This document shows positions 10,451-20,820 of a stretch of 64,000 bases of DNA, one piece after another. The position numbers were made by a program, and so were the translations under genes. This DNA comes from an uncultured Chloroflexia bacterium (lineage in GTDB: Bacteria; Chloroflexota; Anaerolineae; CG2-30-64-16), in the NCBI GenBank assembly GCA_963774265.1, contig CAVZDU010000002.1, forward strand, positions 1 through 64,000. The letters run 5' to 3'. The notes under the pieces were generated by a model. The model worked only from the letters and a program-made list of their open reading frames with translations, was not told where the DNA came from and made no database searches. How positions within the stretch are numbered: the first letter of the stretch is position 1; each line of letters starts with the position of its first letter.

Positions 10451-12530
10451 ATGGCTAGTTTCACAACTGCGCAGCTTCGCAACGTAACGCTGATCGGGCA
10501 TTCGAGCTCTGGAAAGACGACACTGGCTGAGTCCATGGTTTTCGACACGGGCGCCACCAGCCGCCGTGGTCGTGTCGAAGATGGCACAACCGTCGCGGAC
10601 TGGGATGATGAGGCGATTCGCCGCCGCATTTCCGTCGGGGCGGCCGTCGTTCCCTGTGAGCACAAGGGCCACAAGATCAACGTATTGGACACCCCCGGGT
10701 TTATCGACTTCGTCGGTGAGGTCAAGGGTGCCATCTCTGTTGCGGATGCAGGAATCGTATTAATCGACCCGGTGTCAGGCGTCGAAGTCGGCACCGAACT
10801 GGGTTGGGACTACTTGAATGAACGCAATCTGCCGCGCATCGTCTTTGTCAATAAGATGGACCGCGAGAATGCTCAGTTCGAGCGCGTGCTTGATAACCTG
10901 CGCCAGGTCTTCAGCGGCACCATCGTTCCGGTTCAGATTCCTGTCGGCGAAGGCTCCGAGTTCAAAGGCGTGGTCGACCTCATCACGATGAAGGCTTTCC
11001 TGGGTGAGGGTGCAAGTGCCTCCGATGTTCCGGGCAACCTCGCTTCGGAAGTCGAAGAGGCGCGCACACAGCTCGTTGAGGCTGCGGCTGAGGGCGACGA
11101 TGAGCTGATCATGAAATACCTCGAGGGTGAGGAACTGACGGCTGAGGAGATCAATCGCGGCCTGAGAGCGGGCATCGCCAGCGGAAAAGTCATCGCGGTT
11201 TTCTGCGGTTCGGCTGTGAACAATATAGGCATCCGGCCATTTATGGACGCTCTCATCACCTACATGCCTGACCCGAGCGTCAAGGAGATCCTGGCGACGC
11301 GACCGGATGGCACGGAGGAGATGCTAAAGGCTGATGCGACCGGGCCGCTTGCTGCCCTCGTGTTCAAGACAGTGGCTGACCCTTATGTAGGCAAAATCTC
11401 CTACTTCAAGGTCTTCTCAGGTATCATACGAGGCGATTCCCGCGTGTACACCCTGCCGAGTGGCACAGAAGAGCGCGTAAGCCAGGTATTTACCCCACGC
11501 GGCAAGGAGCAGTTGCCGGTCAGCGATGTCATTGCAGGTGACATCGGGGTGGCAAACAAACTGGCTGCCACCGCAACCAACCACACGCTTTGCGATCGGG
11601 GCCATCAGCTTACGGTGTCGCCGCCAGCATATCCAGGATCCGCTCTATTCGCTGGCGGTAACGCCAAAGACCAAGGCCGATTCCGCCAAGATGGGTCCTA
11701 CGCTGAACCGCATCACCGAGGAAGACCCGACCCTGCAGGTGCGCACCGAGCAGGGAACGGGGGAGGTGATCCTGTCCGGAATGGGTGAGGTCCATTTGGA
11801 CCTGGCAATCCGGCGGATGGAGGGTAAATTCGGGTTGGGCTTATCAACCGCGGTGCCAAAGGTGCCATACAACGAGTCTATTACCCGGAGTGCAGCGGAT
11901 TATCATCGTCATAAGAAGCAAACGGGTGGCGCGGGGCAGTTCGGTGAAGTACACATGGAGATCAGGCCGTTGGAGCGAGGCGCAGGCTTCGAGTTCGACA
12001 CAAGCCGCGTGTTCGGAGGCGCGATTCAGAACAGCTTCTTCCCATCGATCGAAAAGGGCATTCGTTCGCGGCTCGAGCATGGCCCGTTGGCCGGGTACCC
12101 GGTAGTCGATGTGCGGTGCGAGGTCTACGACGGCAAGATGCATCCTGTGGATTCGAAGGACATCGCATTTCAGATCGCTGGCCGCGAGGTCTTCAAGAAA
12201 ACCTTTCTTGCCGCCAATCCGGTATTACTCGAGCCCATCATGGACGTCACGATCACCGTGCCGGATGAGTACATGGGCGACATCATGAGTGATCTGAACA
12301 CCCGCCGGGGTCGCGTCCAGGGGATGGAGCAGGCGAAGGGTAAAGGCGTCATCACGGCCCAAGTGCCGATGGCAGAGATGCAGCGTTACGCCATCGAGTT
12401 GCGCTCGATCACCCAGGGCCGCGGCGTGTACAGCATGAAATTCTCGCATCGCGAGCCCGTGCCAGCGCATATTGCAGAAGGTGTCATCGCAGCAGCGAAG
12501 CGCGAGCGCGAAGAGGGCGAAGAAGAGTAG
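10451..12530 (+). CDS. fusA: Elongation factor G paralog (EF-G2-like); frameshift near 11636
   Basis: GHSSSGKTTL, LDTPGFIDF, VNKMD, HKKQTGGAGQFG, DGKMHPVDS, LLEPIM; split over ORFs 10451-11788 and 11526-12530; not in an rpsL-rpsG-tuf context. Confidence 0.9.
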
Positions 12531-12565
12531 TCACTCCGCTGCCCTGCTGTCAACTCGAGTGAATG

Positions 12566-12648
12566 GGACGCAGCTAGCGCAGATGACGCTGATGATCGTG
12601 ACTACGGCGAACCTTGATCATCCTTAGGAATCTGCGTTGACTGCGTTC
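12566..12648. repeat. Long imperfect palindrome (REP-like hairpin)
   Basis: GGACGCAGCTAGCGCAGAT (12566-12584) pairs with ATCTGCGTTGACTGCGTTC (12630-12648); inner GATGATC/GATCATC stem. Confidence 0.65.
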
Positions 12649-12671
12649 TGTTCTGTTTCTGGAGGTGAGTG

Positions 12672-13895
12672 ATGGTCGGAAATGACTTTCCTGGCAAAGG
12701 CAAGGTCGCTGTATTGCGGACTCGACCGGAGACAGTGGTTGAAGACGTAGGCAGGCTCATGGAGATGGCCGGTTATCGGCAAGCATTGCCGCAAGACCAC
12801 GATACCATCCTCAAGGTGAACGTCTCCTGGCAGACGTGGTATCCCGCCTGCTCGAGCACACCCTGGCAAATCGACGGCATCATTAAGCAGCTCAAGGTCG
12901 ACGGCTATCAAAATCTGGCGGCCGCACACAACAGGACGGTCGTGGTAGATGCGTACGTGGCTGAACGCAACAACAAGCACAAGTACGTGGTTGACAGCCA
13001 TGGAGTGCGCAACATTCACCTGTACGAGCCAGAAGTCGAATGGGTGCGCTACTCCCCGAAGGCGCCGATGCTGGTGCTCGACCGCGTGTTCCCCGAGGGC
13101 ATTCTGATCCCCGCGTTCTTCTTTGATCGCAATATCATTCACCTGCCCACGGTCAAGACGCACGTCTTCACCACCATAACAGGCGCGATGAAGAACGCGT
13201 TTGGCGGGTTGCTGAACGAGAAGCGGCACTGGACGCACGGCGTCATTCATGAGACCGTGGTCGATTTGCTCTCCATCCAGCAGGAGATTCATTCAGGTTT
13301 GTTTGCCGTGATGGATGGAACGTTTGCAGGGGATGGTCCGGGGCCACGCGCGATGCGATGGCACGAAAAGGACATCCTGCTGGCCTCCTCAGATCAAGTA
13401 GCGATTGATGCCATCTCTGCGAAGATTCAGGGGTTTCAGCCCATGGATCTGAAATTCATCCGCCTTGCGCACGAGTTGGGACTGGGTGTGGGCGATCCAA
13501 AACAGATCGAGATCGTGGGTGAGGATATATCAGCGGAAGACTGGGGCTTTGTACAAGAAGATACCTTCGCCAGCCGCGGTCAGAAGATGATTTATCACGG
13601 AGCGCTCAAACCATTCGAGGGATTGTTGCTGCGCTCGCCGTTGGTGCCGTGGAGCTACTTCGCATCCAATCTCTATCACAACGTCTACTGGTACCCGTTT
13701 GTCGGCCGGCCACGGGTCGAGGCGGCCCTGAATACGAAGTGGGGGCAGCTATTCCGGGAGTATGGCGATGGCCGGGTGGTCATGCCGGGGATGGAGCCGC
13801 GCACCGCTGCCATTGCTGCCGGCGGCATGGCGCTCGGCGCAGCCCTGGTTGGCGCCATGCTGCTTCGGGGGAGGGGCAGTGGCTCGCAGGGTTGA
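12672..13895 (+). CDS. DUF362-domain protein with a C-terminal hydrophobic tail
   Basis: ILKVNVSW, HLPTVKTHVFTTITGAMKNAFG, VMDGTFAGDGPGP, DQVAIDA. Confidence 0.8.
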   Translation: MVGNDFPGKGKVAVLRTRPETVVEDVGRLMEMAGYRQALPQDHDTILKVNVSWQTWYPACSSTPWQIDGIIKQLKVDGYQNLAAAHNRTVVVDAYVAERNNKHKYVVDSHGVRNIHLYEPEVEWVRYSPKAPMLVLDRVFPEGILIPAFFFDRNIIHLPTVKTHVFTTITGAMKNAFGGLLNEKRHWTHGVIHETVVDLLSIQQEIHSGLFAVMDGTFAGDGPGPRAMRWHEKDILLASSDQVAIDAISAKIQGFQPMDLKFIRLAHELGLGVGDPKQIEIVGEDISAEDWGFVQEDTFASRGQKMIYHGALKPFEGLLLRSPLVPWSYFASNLYHNVYWYPFVGRPRVEAALNTKWGQLFREYGDGRVVMPGMEPRTAAIAAGGMALGAALVGAMLLRGRGSGSQG

Positions 13896-14557
13896 TCCGG
13901 TAGCGGGATCTGTGGCGGATCGATCTGCACAGTCACACCTACGCTTCTCCGGACTGCAAGACCGGACCGAGGGAACTTGTGGAGCGGGCGCGGGAAGTGG
14001 GGCTGTCGAAGCTGGCAGTGACTGACCACAACAGCATCGAAGGCGCTATAGAGGCGCACGCTCTCGCTCCTGACCTCATCATCGTGGGACAGGAGATCGA
14101 TACCTCGGTGGGTGGTGAGCTGATTGCCTACTTCGTGACCGAGCGAATCCCACCGCATCTTCCCCCTGAACAGGCAATTGCACGCCTGCGCAGCCAGGGC
14201 GCGGTCATCAGCATCTCGCATCCGCTGGATCGGCTGCGCGGTTCGGCGATGGGTATGAGCAATACACTGAAAATCATCGACCGGGTTGATGCGCTCGAGG
14301 TATTCAACGCTCGATGCTTGCTCGCGGCCGACAACCGCCGTGCGGCCGCGCTGGCAGCGCAGCACGGTAAGCCAGGCACCGCGGGGAGTGATGGGCATAC
14401 CCTTTCGGAGATCGGAGCCGCGTATGTGGAGTTGCCGCCGTTCAGGGGGAATGCAAACGCTTTCCTGGCGAACCTGGCCCTTGGACGAGCGAGAGGACGA
14501 CTGACAGGTATCCTGCCGCACGTGAAAAGCACATTGGCGAAGGCTGCCAGGCGATGA
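13879..14557 (+). CDS. PHP-domain phosphoesterase; start unclear, probable frameshift near 13905
   Basis: RIDLHSHT...AVTDHN...GQEI...SHP...EVFNAR...GSDGH; the HxH motif lies upstream of the tracked ORF start (13979) and has no standard in-frame start; GGAGG+GTG at 13879 joins it if one G is removed. Confidence 0.8.
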
Positions 14558-14580
14558 TTCGGCTTTTGATCCCGCGCTGC

Positions 14581-15663
14581 CTACCCGCTTACAAGGGGCA
14601 ATAGCACCTTTTTTCGTTCAATCGCTTTCCGCCGCGTGTAGTGAAACTGTCGTCCGGCTCCATTGGCATATCGACTGAACACCAGGTGCAGCTCGCCGTT
14701 AGCCCCCGAGATTGCCGCAACCAACTCACTAAGGCTGTCACACGTCTCACAGGCAGTCTCGGGGGACCACCAGGCCCCCTGGGGTTCGCCCGGGCGAACG
14801 CGGTGTTTGATGAGCGCGCCCTCCGACCACACAAACTGGAACAAGCCAAGGCCATTGGGGAGTGCGTGGGCAAGCCTGGCATCACGAATAGGATCTGAAA
14901 CATCCACCGGCGTGGACCAGCCGTTTGGCCACCGGTCACTATGCCGTATCACGAACAGACCGCCGCGCTCCTCCTGCCACACCAAGTGACAGCGACCATC
15001 TGAATTCGCAGCAATATGGGGTAGCACGGAATGCACGGTAGGCGTGTCAGACACGATATCGGGCAAGGACCATTCTCCCTCGCGCCTCGAAGCCGCCAGT
15101 ATGTCAAAAGATCCTGACTCCGATCCGGCGAGCCGGGACTGCCAGGCCACGAATACCTCTTGGCTGTTTGCCGCGATCGCTGGACGGCTGCCGTTGCCAT
15201 GCGGAACAGGTGCATTCACCCACGCAGAGGACTGCCGAAGGGCGTAGTAAACGGTAGAGTAGCCTGGGGTGTTGTCAGCCCACACCAGGTGGAGCTTGCC
15301 GTCGACACCCACACAAATGGCAGGATCCGACGACTCACCCGTGGTGTGCGAAACCAGCTGGGGCAGGGACCACCTCGCGCCGTCCCATGTGGTGACGTGG
15401 ATTTCACGGTTGCCCAGGAACCAGTGGGAATACGCGCAGAACAGTGTTCCATCAATAGATGACGTCAGTGAGGGCTGTTCGCCTGCGGCAATTCTGACCG
15501 GCGCCTGCCAGGCGCCCTCCACGCGCTTAGCATGGTACAGCGTGCTCGCCTGCGACCACACCAGGTGAACCGCCTGGCCGGTCGCAGCCACCGCAATCTG
15601 CCGGCTGTCAGGATTGACAAATACAAGGAACTCACCAGGGACCCAGCTAGGATCAGCGGCCAT
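14581..15663 (-). CDS. Hypothetical beta-propeller-like protein with a C-terminal LPLV motif
   Basis: Repeated P.I....G.(L/V)HLVW and W...P blades; ends KKVLLPLVSG. Confidence 0.6.
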   Translation of the reverse strand: MAADPSWVPGEFLVFVNPDSRQIAVAATGQAVHLVWSQASTLYHAKRVEGAWQAPVRIAAGEQPSLTSSIDGTLFCAYSHWFLGNREIHVTTWDGARWSLPQLVSHTTGESSDPAICVGVDGKLHLVWADNTPGYSTVYYALRQSSAWVNAPVPHGNGSRPAIAANSQEVFVAWQSRLAGSESGSFDILAASRREGEWSLPDIVSDTPTVHSVLPHIAANSDGRCHLVWQEERGGLFVIRHSDRWPNGWSTPVDVSDPIRDARLAHALPNGLGLFQFVWSEGALIKHRVRPGEPQGAWWSPETACETCDSLSELVAAISGANGELHLVFSRYANGAGRQFHYTRRKAIERKKVLLPLVSG

Positions 15664-15735
15664 CGTACGCTCCTCTTTGACAGGACGACGTCAAGACGCC
15701 ACGATTGTAACACCCGCTGGGCTAGGGCGCAAGTT

Positions 15736-16374
15736 TCAAGTAAATACTACTTCTTCTTTGCCGCTAAGCTTCTCCCCGATCTTGCTTACAATGAGCGTCA
15801 GGTGCGATGGTTCGTGCACAAAGTCAAGATCATCCGCAGGCACAGTCAGCACAGGACAAAGCGCAAACTGGCACATCCAATCCGCGTATAGGGAATTCAG
15901 TTGCTCCAGGTACTGAACCGAGATGTTACGCTCAAACTCCCGACCGCGCTGGGCAATGCGTTTCTGAAGTGTTGGCACCGAGGCGCGCAGGTACACAACC
16001 AGATCGGGTGGAGGCAAAAAAAGCACCAGGACGTCATACAGTTCGCGATATGTCTGGTAGTCCCGCGGTCCGATATGGCCCTGCTCCCACAGCGCACGCG
16101 CAAATATCTCCGCGTCCTCGTATACCGAGCGATCCTGCACCACAGAATTCGGAAAGTCGAGCAGGCGGCGGTGGTGGCGCAAACGCCGGGAAAGGAAAAA
16201 GACCTGTGAGTGGAACGCGTAACGCGTCATGTCTCCATAGAAGTCGACAAGATAAGGATTGTCTGACACGGCCTCATAGAAAGGTTCCCAGCCCAAGGTC
16301 TCGCTGAGGAGCCGGGTTAACGTGGATTTGCCTACGCCGATATTGCCGGCAATAGCGATAAAGCGTTTAGTCAT
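15736..16374 (-). CDS. Deoxynucleoside kinase
   Basis: FIAIAGNIGVGKSTL, NPYLVDFY, QDRSVYED, PDLVVYLRA, RIAQRGREFE. Confidence 0.92.
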   Translation of the reverse strand: MTKRFIAIAGNIGVGKSTLTRLLSETLGWEPFYEAVSDNPYLVDFYGDMTRYAFHSQVFFLSRRLRHHRRLLDFPNSVVQDRSVYEDAEIFARALWEQGHIGPRDYQTYRELYDVLVLFLPPPDLVVYLRASVPTLQKRIAQRGREFERNISVQYLEQLNSLYADWMCQFALCPVLTVPADDLDFVHEPSHLTLIVSKIGEKLSGKEEVVFT

Positions 16375-16405
16375 AACAGCCTCGTCAGTTGGTGGAATGC
16401 CGGGC

Positions 16406-17423
16406 TCAACTCGTCCAGGAGCGATCCAGGTTGCGACCCATCTTTGTAACGTAGGCGGCCTCGAGATCGATTCCCGCATCATTGGCAAGCTTCAGCAGAA
16501 AGGCGAGTGCGTCGGCCAATTCCTCCTGCAGATCGGCCTTACCCCCTTCTACTGCACGATCCATTGCTTCCTGGCGGTTGCCCGTTATTAATAGCAGATT
16601 CTTCCTGGCGGCGCCACGTCTGCTTGACCAATCGGCCGATCTCGCCGATTTCTTCGGTGAGGCAGATATAGTTGAAGAAAAGATCAGCGATAAACCCTTT
16701 CTCGCGATCCAAAGCACGGTGGAAGCGCTGGAAGTCAGCAAGTCGGCGGCGACTCAGCGCAGTGGGCGCCTCGCCAGTCTGGTCCGACTCAAGGAGTGGA
16801 AGTTGTACATGTTCTCCTTGGAGCGCAGACTTTACCCGGCCGATGACATCAGCACGTGCATTGAGGTCGTTGACAATGTCCATGCCGTCGGTGTCGAGGA
16901 TCAGGACCGGCGCCTGGTCATACTCACCGAAGAAGCGGTCGTATGCAGCCTGCAGGGCCTCTATGTAGCCCCGCTCCATCTGACGCTCATAGCTCCGCCC
17001 CCGGTATCGAATTCGGTCCATCAGGACATCGATGGAAGCTCTTAGGTATACGACCAGGCCTGGGGCAGGGATCTGTTCGCCAAGGATCGCGTGTACGCGT
17101 TCATACATGGCCAACTCGTCACCCGCCAGATTAAGATGCGCAAACAACCAGTCTTTCGCGAACAGATAGTCGCTCACGAGCGTACTGTGGCGCAGGGTAT
17201 TCGCGATGACTTTGTGTTGCTGACGGTAGCGGCTGAGCAGAAAGAAGATCTGCGTTTGAAACGCGTACCTCTGCCGATCCGAATAGAAGTCGCTCAGGAA
17301 GGGGTTTTCCTCAAACACCTCCAAAAGCACTTCCGCTGGCAGTACCTCGCCAAGGATGCGCGCCAGTGTAGTCTTGCCTACGCCGATTGCGCCTTCTATG
17401 GCAATATAGGAATGATACACCAT
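16406..17423 (-). CDS. Deoxynucleoside kinase fused to a MazG-like NTP pyrophosphatase; frameshift near 16599
   Basis: IAIEGAIGVGKTTL, NPFLSDFY, RGRSYE, then LTEEIGEI (ORF 16539-17555) and LQEELADALAFLLKLAN...IDLEAAYVTKM (ORF 16406-16741). Confidence 0.85.
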
Positions 17424-17490
17424 GCTCGGGCCTCCCCGTAGATTGGTGGATGGAGCAACGCGCGCTATTATACGCAGGTCTCCCGTGTGA

Positions 17491-17516
17491 TGAAACCTTT
17501 GCACATGGTGTGCGTA
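17491..17516 (+). promoter_or_regulatory. SigmaW-type ECF promoter (likely autoregulatory)
   Basis: TGAAAC (17491-17496), 16 nt, CGTA (17513-17516), matching the B. subtilis sigmaW consensus, 40 nt before the ECF gene. Confidence 0.75.
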
Positions 17517-17556
17517 GAGGAGAGTGAACCGGCCGAAGGGCGGATGGCGGAGCAAC

Positions 17557-18144
17557 GTGGACGCAGCACAAGAACTCGACTGGCTGAGAATGGCGCAAAA
17601 GGGCGACCGGGCGGCCTTTGGCTGTTTGGTTGAGGCCTACCAGGGTCCGGTTTTCAATCTATGTTATCGAATGTTGGGCAGCCCTGACGAGGCGGCAGAC
17701 GCAGCACAGGAGACATTCGTCCGTATTTATGCCAAGCTGCACACCTACCAGCCCGACCGCAAGCTTGCGTCCTGGATTCTGTCGATTGCATCACACTATT
17801 GTATCGACCGGTTGCGTCGGCATCATGGCGAGACGCTGTCGCTGGATGACGAGCCGGTGGCTGCCGTGCTATCTGCTCGCCAAGCCGGACCTGAGGAATC
17901 GGTCATGCGGAACGAGATGCGAGACGAAGTGCAGCGAGCCGTTGACCGTCTCGAGCCCACATACCGGATTCCACTGATCTTACGTTATTGGTACAACCTT
18001 TCTTACAGCGAAATCGCCGAGGTCATGGGTTTGACGGTGCAGGCGGTTAAGTCGAGACTGCATCGCGCACGCCAACAGATGGTCGGGGTCGTGTCGAATG
18101 CAGGGGCTACCAGGGGCGCCGTCGCGCCGGTGAGTGTGAGGTGA
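17557..18144 (+). CDS. ECF RNA polymerase sigma factor (SigW-like)
   Basis: GDRAAF, DAAQETFVR, SWILSIA, LSYSEIAEVMG...VKSRLHRAR; GGAG RBS before GTG 17557. Confidence 0.92.
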   Translation: MDAAQELDWLRMAQKGDRAAFGCLVEAYQGPVFNLCYRMLGSPDEAADAAQETFVRIYAKLHTYQPDRKLASWILSIASHYCIDRLRRHHGETLSLDDEPVAAVLSARQAGPEESVMRNEMRDEVQRAVDRLEPTYRIPLILRYWYNLSYSEIAEVMGLTVQAVKSRLHRARQQMVGVVSNAGATRGAVAPVSVR

Positions 18145-18147
18145 GTT

Positions 18148-18717
18148 ATGGTGCACGCTGAGTATACAATGTTGATGTCGCTGATACTGGATGGTGAAGG
18201 GACAGAAGTCGAGGAGGCGCGGCTGCGAGCGCACTTAGGATCGTGTGACGCATGTGCATTGACCTGGCAGCGTTGGCAGGAGTTGGATCATCGCTTTGCA
18301 ATCGCACCCATGCTGCCCGCACCGGTTGACTTGGCGGCAAATATCGCGGTCCGCCTCAGTCTTCGTCAGGCTGAGCAAGCGCGGCAGCGGTGGTTCATGC
18401 TCGGGCTTGCCTTGGCGTGGAGCGGTGTTATGGTCTTTGCAGTCATGGCGCTTGGGGTTGCCAACGGTTGGCAGATTCATTTTTCACCCCAGCAGGGCCC
18501 ACTTGCTGCCGCTTTTTCGGTTCTCGCCAGCACGGGCAGTTGGATCTGGAGCGAGGTGCTTGGCTTCGTGGCGCGAGTCGGCGCGCCTGTGATCGCAGCG
18601 GTGACAGGGACGTTGTTGTGCCTGACCTGTGGCCTTGTTATGGCGTGGCTGTGGGTCATTGCACGGCTAACAGTAGACGGACAAGGTGCGTTGGCTCCTG
18701 CGAAATTGAATTCGTGA
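18148..18717 (+). CDS. Zinc-binding anti-sigma factor (ZAS) with transmembrane helices
   Basis: HLGSCDAC (HxxxCxxC), C-terminal hydrophobic helices, directly after the ECF gene. Confidence 0.85.
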   Translation: MVHAEYTMLMSLILDGEGTEVEEARLRAHLGSCDACALTWQRWQELDHRFAIAPMLPAPVDLAANIAVRLSLRQAEQARQRWFMLGLALAWSGVMVFAVMALGVANGWQIHFSPQQGPLAAAFSVLASTGSWIWSEVLGFVARVGAPVIAAVTGTLLCLTCGLVMAWLWVIARLTVDGQGALAPAKLNS

Positions 18718-18748
18718 AACTGGCGCTATCAGGCGGAGGATTGAGGCA

Positions 18749-19885
18749 ATGAAAAGAGTAGGTTCGTTTGCTATCGTGATGCTGGCGGCTTTCATTACAT
18801 TGGCGGTGGTTGGTTTGCCGTCGGCCGCGGCCCAAGGATTCGATGGTGATCGGGTAGTTCTTGGTGAGAACTATATACTGCCCAGCGGTGAGGTGCTGGA
18901 CGGCAACCTGGCGGTCCTCGGCGGCACAGCGGTCATCGAGGCCGACGCCACAGTGCGCGGGGACGTAAGTGTCGCTGGCGGAGTCCTGACGGTTGACGGC
19001 AGAATCACCGGCAACGTGTCCTTGATGGGCGGCTCGGTGCGCCTGAATGAGACCGCCGTAGTTGAAGGCGACTTAGCCAGTTTTGCGGGCTCGGTCGAGC
19101 GGGCTCCTGGCGCAGAGGTGCGCGGGGACGTTTTCAGCGGACTCCGAACCCCTTCCCGGATCGATCCTGTCCCGGTTGTCCCCGACATCATACGCTCCGA
19201 AATGACACCACGAGATTGGTTCGCACGTTTCGTTAGTTGGCAGTTGGGAACAATTGGCTCGATCTTGCTGATGGGGTTGTTGGGGGTTGTCCTGGTGCTT
19301 GTGGCGCCGCGTGCGGTGGGACGCGTTGCGTCCGCCACTGCGCTCCAACCAGCCCTGACTTTCGGCGTTGGCTTCTTGACGCTTATTGTTGGTTCGCTTG
19401 CCGGCGCAATCCTGTTGATTGCCTGCGGCCTGGGCCTGCTAGTCTGGTTAGCGCTGGCTGCGGCCTCAGTCCTGGGTTGGATTGGCGTGGCACTTTGGCT
19501 TGGACAGCGGATTCTGGGAGTGCTCAAGCTGCACACCCCTTCGTCAACCGGCGAAGTGTTGGCCGGTGTAGTAGCGATCACCCTTCTTGCGCGCCTGCCG
19601 TGGTGCTTCGGGTGGCTGTCGGGGCTTATCTTCGTCTCGTGGGGTCTCGGTGCTGTGGTCGTGACTCGCTTCGGCACGCAGGACGCCCAGGGCCCGAGCG
19701 GCATGGTGAACCGCCCTCCAGGCACTTACCTTGGACCCGGCACAGTCTCGTCCGTTCCGCCGATCGTTGAAGCTGAACGCATTGACGACCTTACACCAGG
19801 TGAAATGCCAGTTCTTGATGAGCAGCCTCCTCTCATGCTCGAGGCCCCCGATACCACTGTGGAACCCTCCACTCCGAAAGACTAG
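18749..19885 (+). CDS. Membrane protein with bactofilin-like beta-helix repeats
   Basis: Signal peptide, repeated V.GD(V/L).V.GG units, several TM helices, Pro/acidic tail. Confidence 0.7.
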   Translation: MKRVGSFAIVMLAAFITLAVVGLPSAAAQGFDGDRVVLGENYILPSGEVLDGNLAVLGGTAVIEADATVRGDVSVAGGVLTVDGRITGNVSLMGGSVRLNETAVVEGDLASFAGSVERAPGAEVRGDVFSGLRTPSRIDPVPVVPDIIRSEMTPRDWFARFVSWQLGTIGSILLMGLLGVVLVLVAPRAVGRVASATALQPALTFGVGFLTLIVGSLAGAILLIACGLGLLVWLALAAASVLGWIGVALWLGQRILGVLKLHTPSSTGEVLAGVVAITLLARLPWCFGWLSGLIFVSWGLGAVVVTRFGTQDAQGPSGMVNRPPGTYLGPGTVSSVPPIVEAERIDDLTPGEMPVLDEQPPLMLEAPDTTVEPSTPKD

Positions 19886-19942
19886 AGGCGTTTTTCTCAC
19901 TCTATTTGACCGGCCCGCCTTCGACAGGTACAATGTTCCAGC

Positions 19943-20779
19943 TTGGAGGATTGTTTGATCGAGGCCGGGCCGCTTGTCAAATTGCAGATCTCGCTCAGCC
20001 GCGTACCCTGGCGTATCGCGCCTGCCTGGTCAGTCCTGGCCGGCGCACTCGCCGTAGCTTCCCCTGTGTCCGAGCCGGCACTCGCCTTGCGAGTGGTTGC
20101 GGCCATGGTGCTGGGAGACATGGCTTGGGGACTACTGCGTCGTTCCGGGATCCCAGGTATCATCATCTCTCGAGCTGGCCAACCGCAACGCGTGGAGCTG
20201 CCCTATTCCCAAGATCATGCGCCACTGAGTTGCGGCGTTCGAACGTTGATGCTAAACGGAATGACGTGGCAAGCTGCTCTTGCGGGTCTGATCTTCACAC
20301 TGGGTGGCAGCCTCCTGATTGGACTGCCCGCCGTGGCGTTGTCTGCGGTGGCGTTGCTCGTTACGGTCCTGACCTGGCCCTTGACTCGACGCAATGTCAC
20401 GCCTGCGATATCCATGGCACTGCTCGACGTACTGTTTCCGTGGATTCTGGGGATGTTCGCGGCCGGATGGACGTATGCCAATTCCTTGAGTTTGCATCCC
20501 TTGGTCGTGGCTTTCGGGTTCACTGTGCTTCAATGGGGCATGTTGCGCGCTGCGACCGTTCAGACGGGTCGGCGAAGAACGGCGATTGGGGTTGGCGCCC
20601 TGGCGGTGCTGGTTGCCCTGATCGCGCTGCGCATGTCCTGGGCTGCCGCGGTGGTGGCTGTGTTCCTGGCGCCGCCCGTGTATTGGTTGTACGACCTGGA
20701 ACGAGACCCGGCAAGTTCTGCACGGGCCGGTCCTTGGGCCCTTGTCGCGCTCTTTGTCGCAGCGTCGGCGTTGCGTTGA
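19943..20779 (+). CDS. Polytopic membrane protein of unknown function
   Basis: Roughly 7-8 hydrophobic segments; fills the gap between co-oriented genes; start uncertain. Confidence 0.65.
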   Translation: MEDCLIEAGPLVKLQISLSRVPWRIAPAWSVLAGALAVASPVSEPALALRVVAAMVLGDMAWGLLRRSGIPGIIISRAGQPQRVELPYSQDHAPLSCGVRTLMLNGMTWQAALAGLIFTLGGSLLIGLPAVALSAVALLVTVLTWPLTRRNVTPAISMALLDVLFPWILGMFAAGWTYANSLSLHPLVVAFGFTVLQWGMLRAATVQTGRRRTAIGVGALAVLVALIALRMSWAAAVVAVFLAPPVYWLYDLERDPASSARAGPWALVALFVAASALR

Positions 20780-20820
20780 TCGAGCCTGTTCTTTCCGATT
20801 CATTGCAAGGAGTTTACTAG

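Noticed and set aside
13892-13903. Second apparent in-frame TAG (TTG ATC CGG TAG) at the start of the PHP gene, suggesting amber recoding
   Set aside because: A one-base insertion at GGGATC (~13905) with a GGAGG-preceded GTG start at 13879 explains it, and many genes here end normally at TAG.
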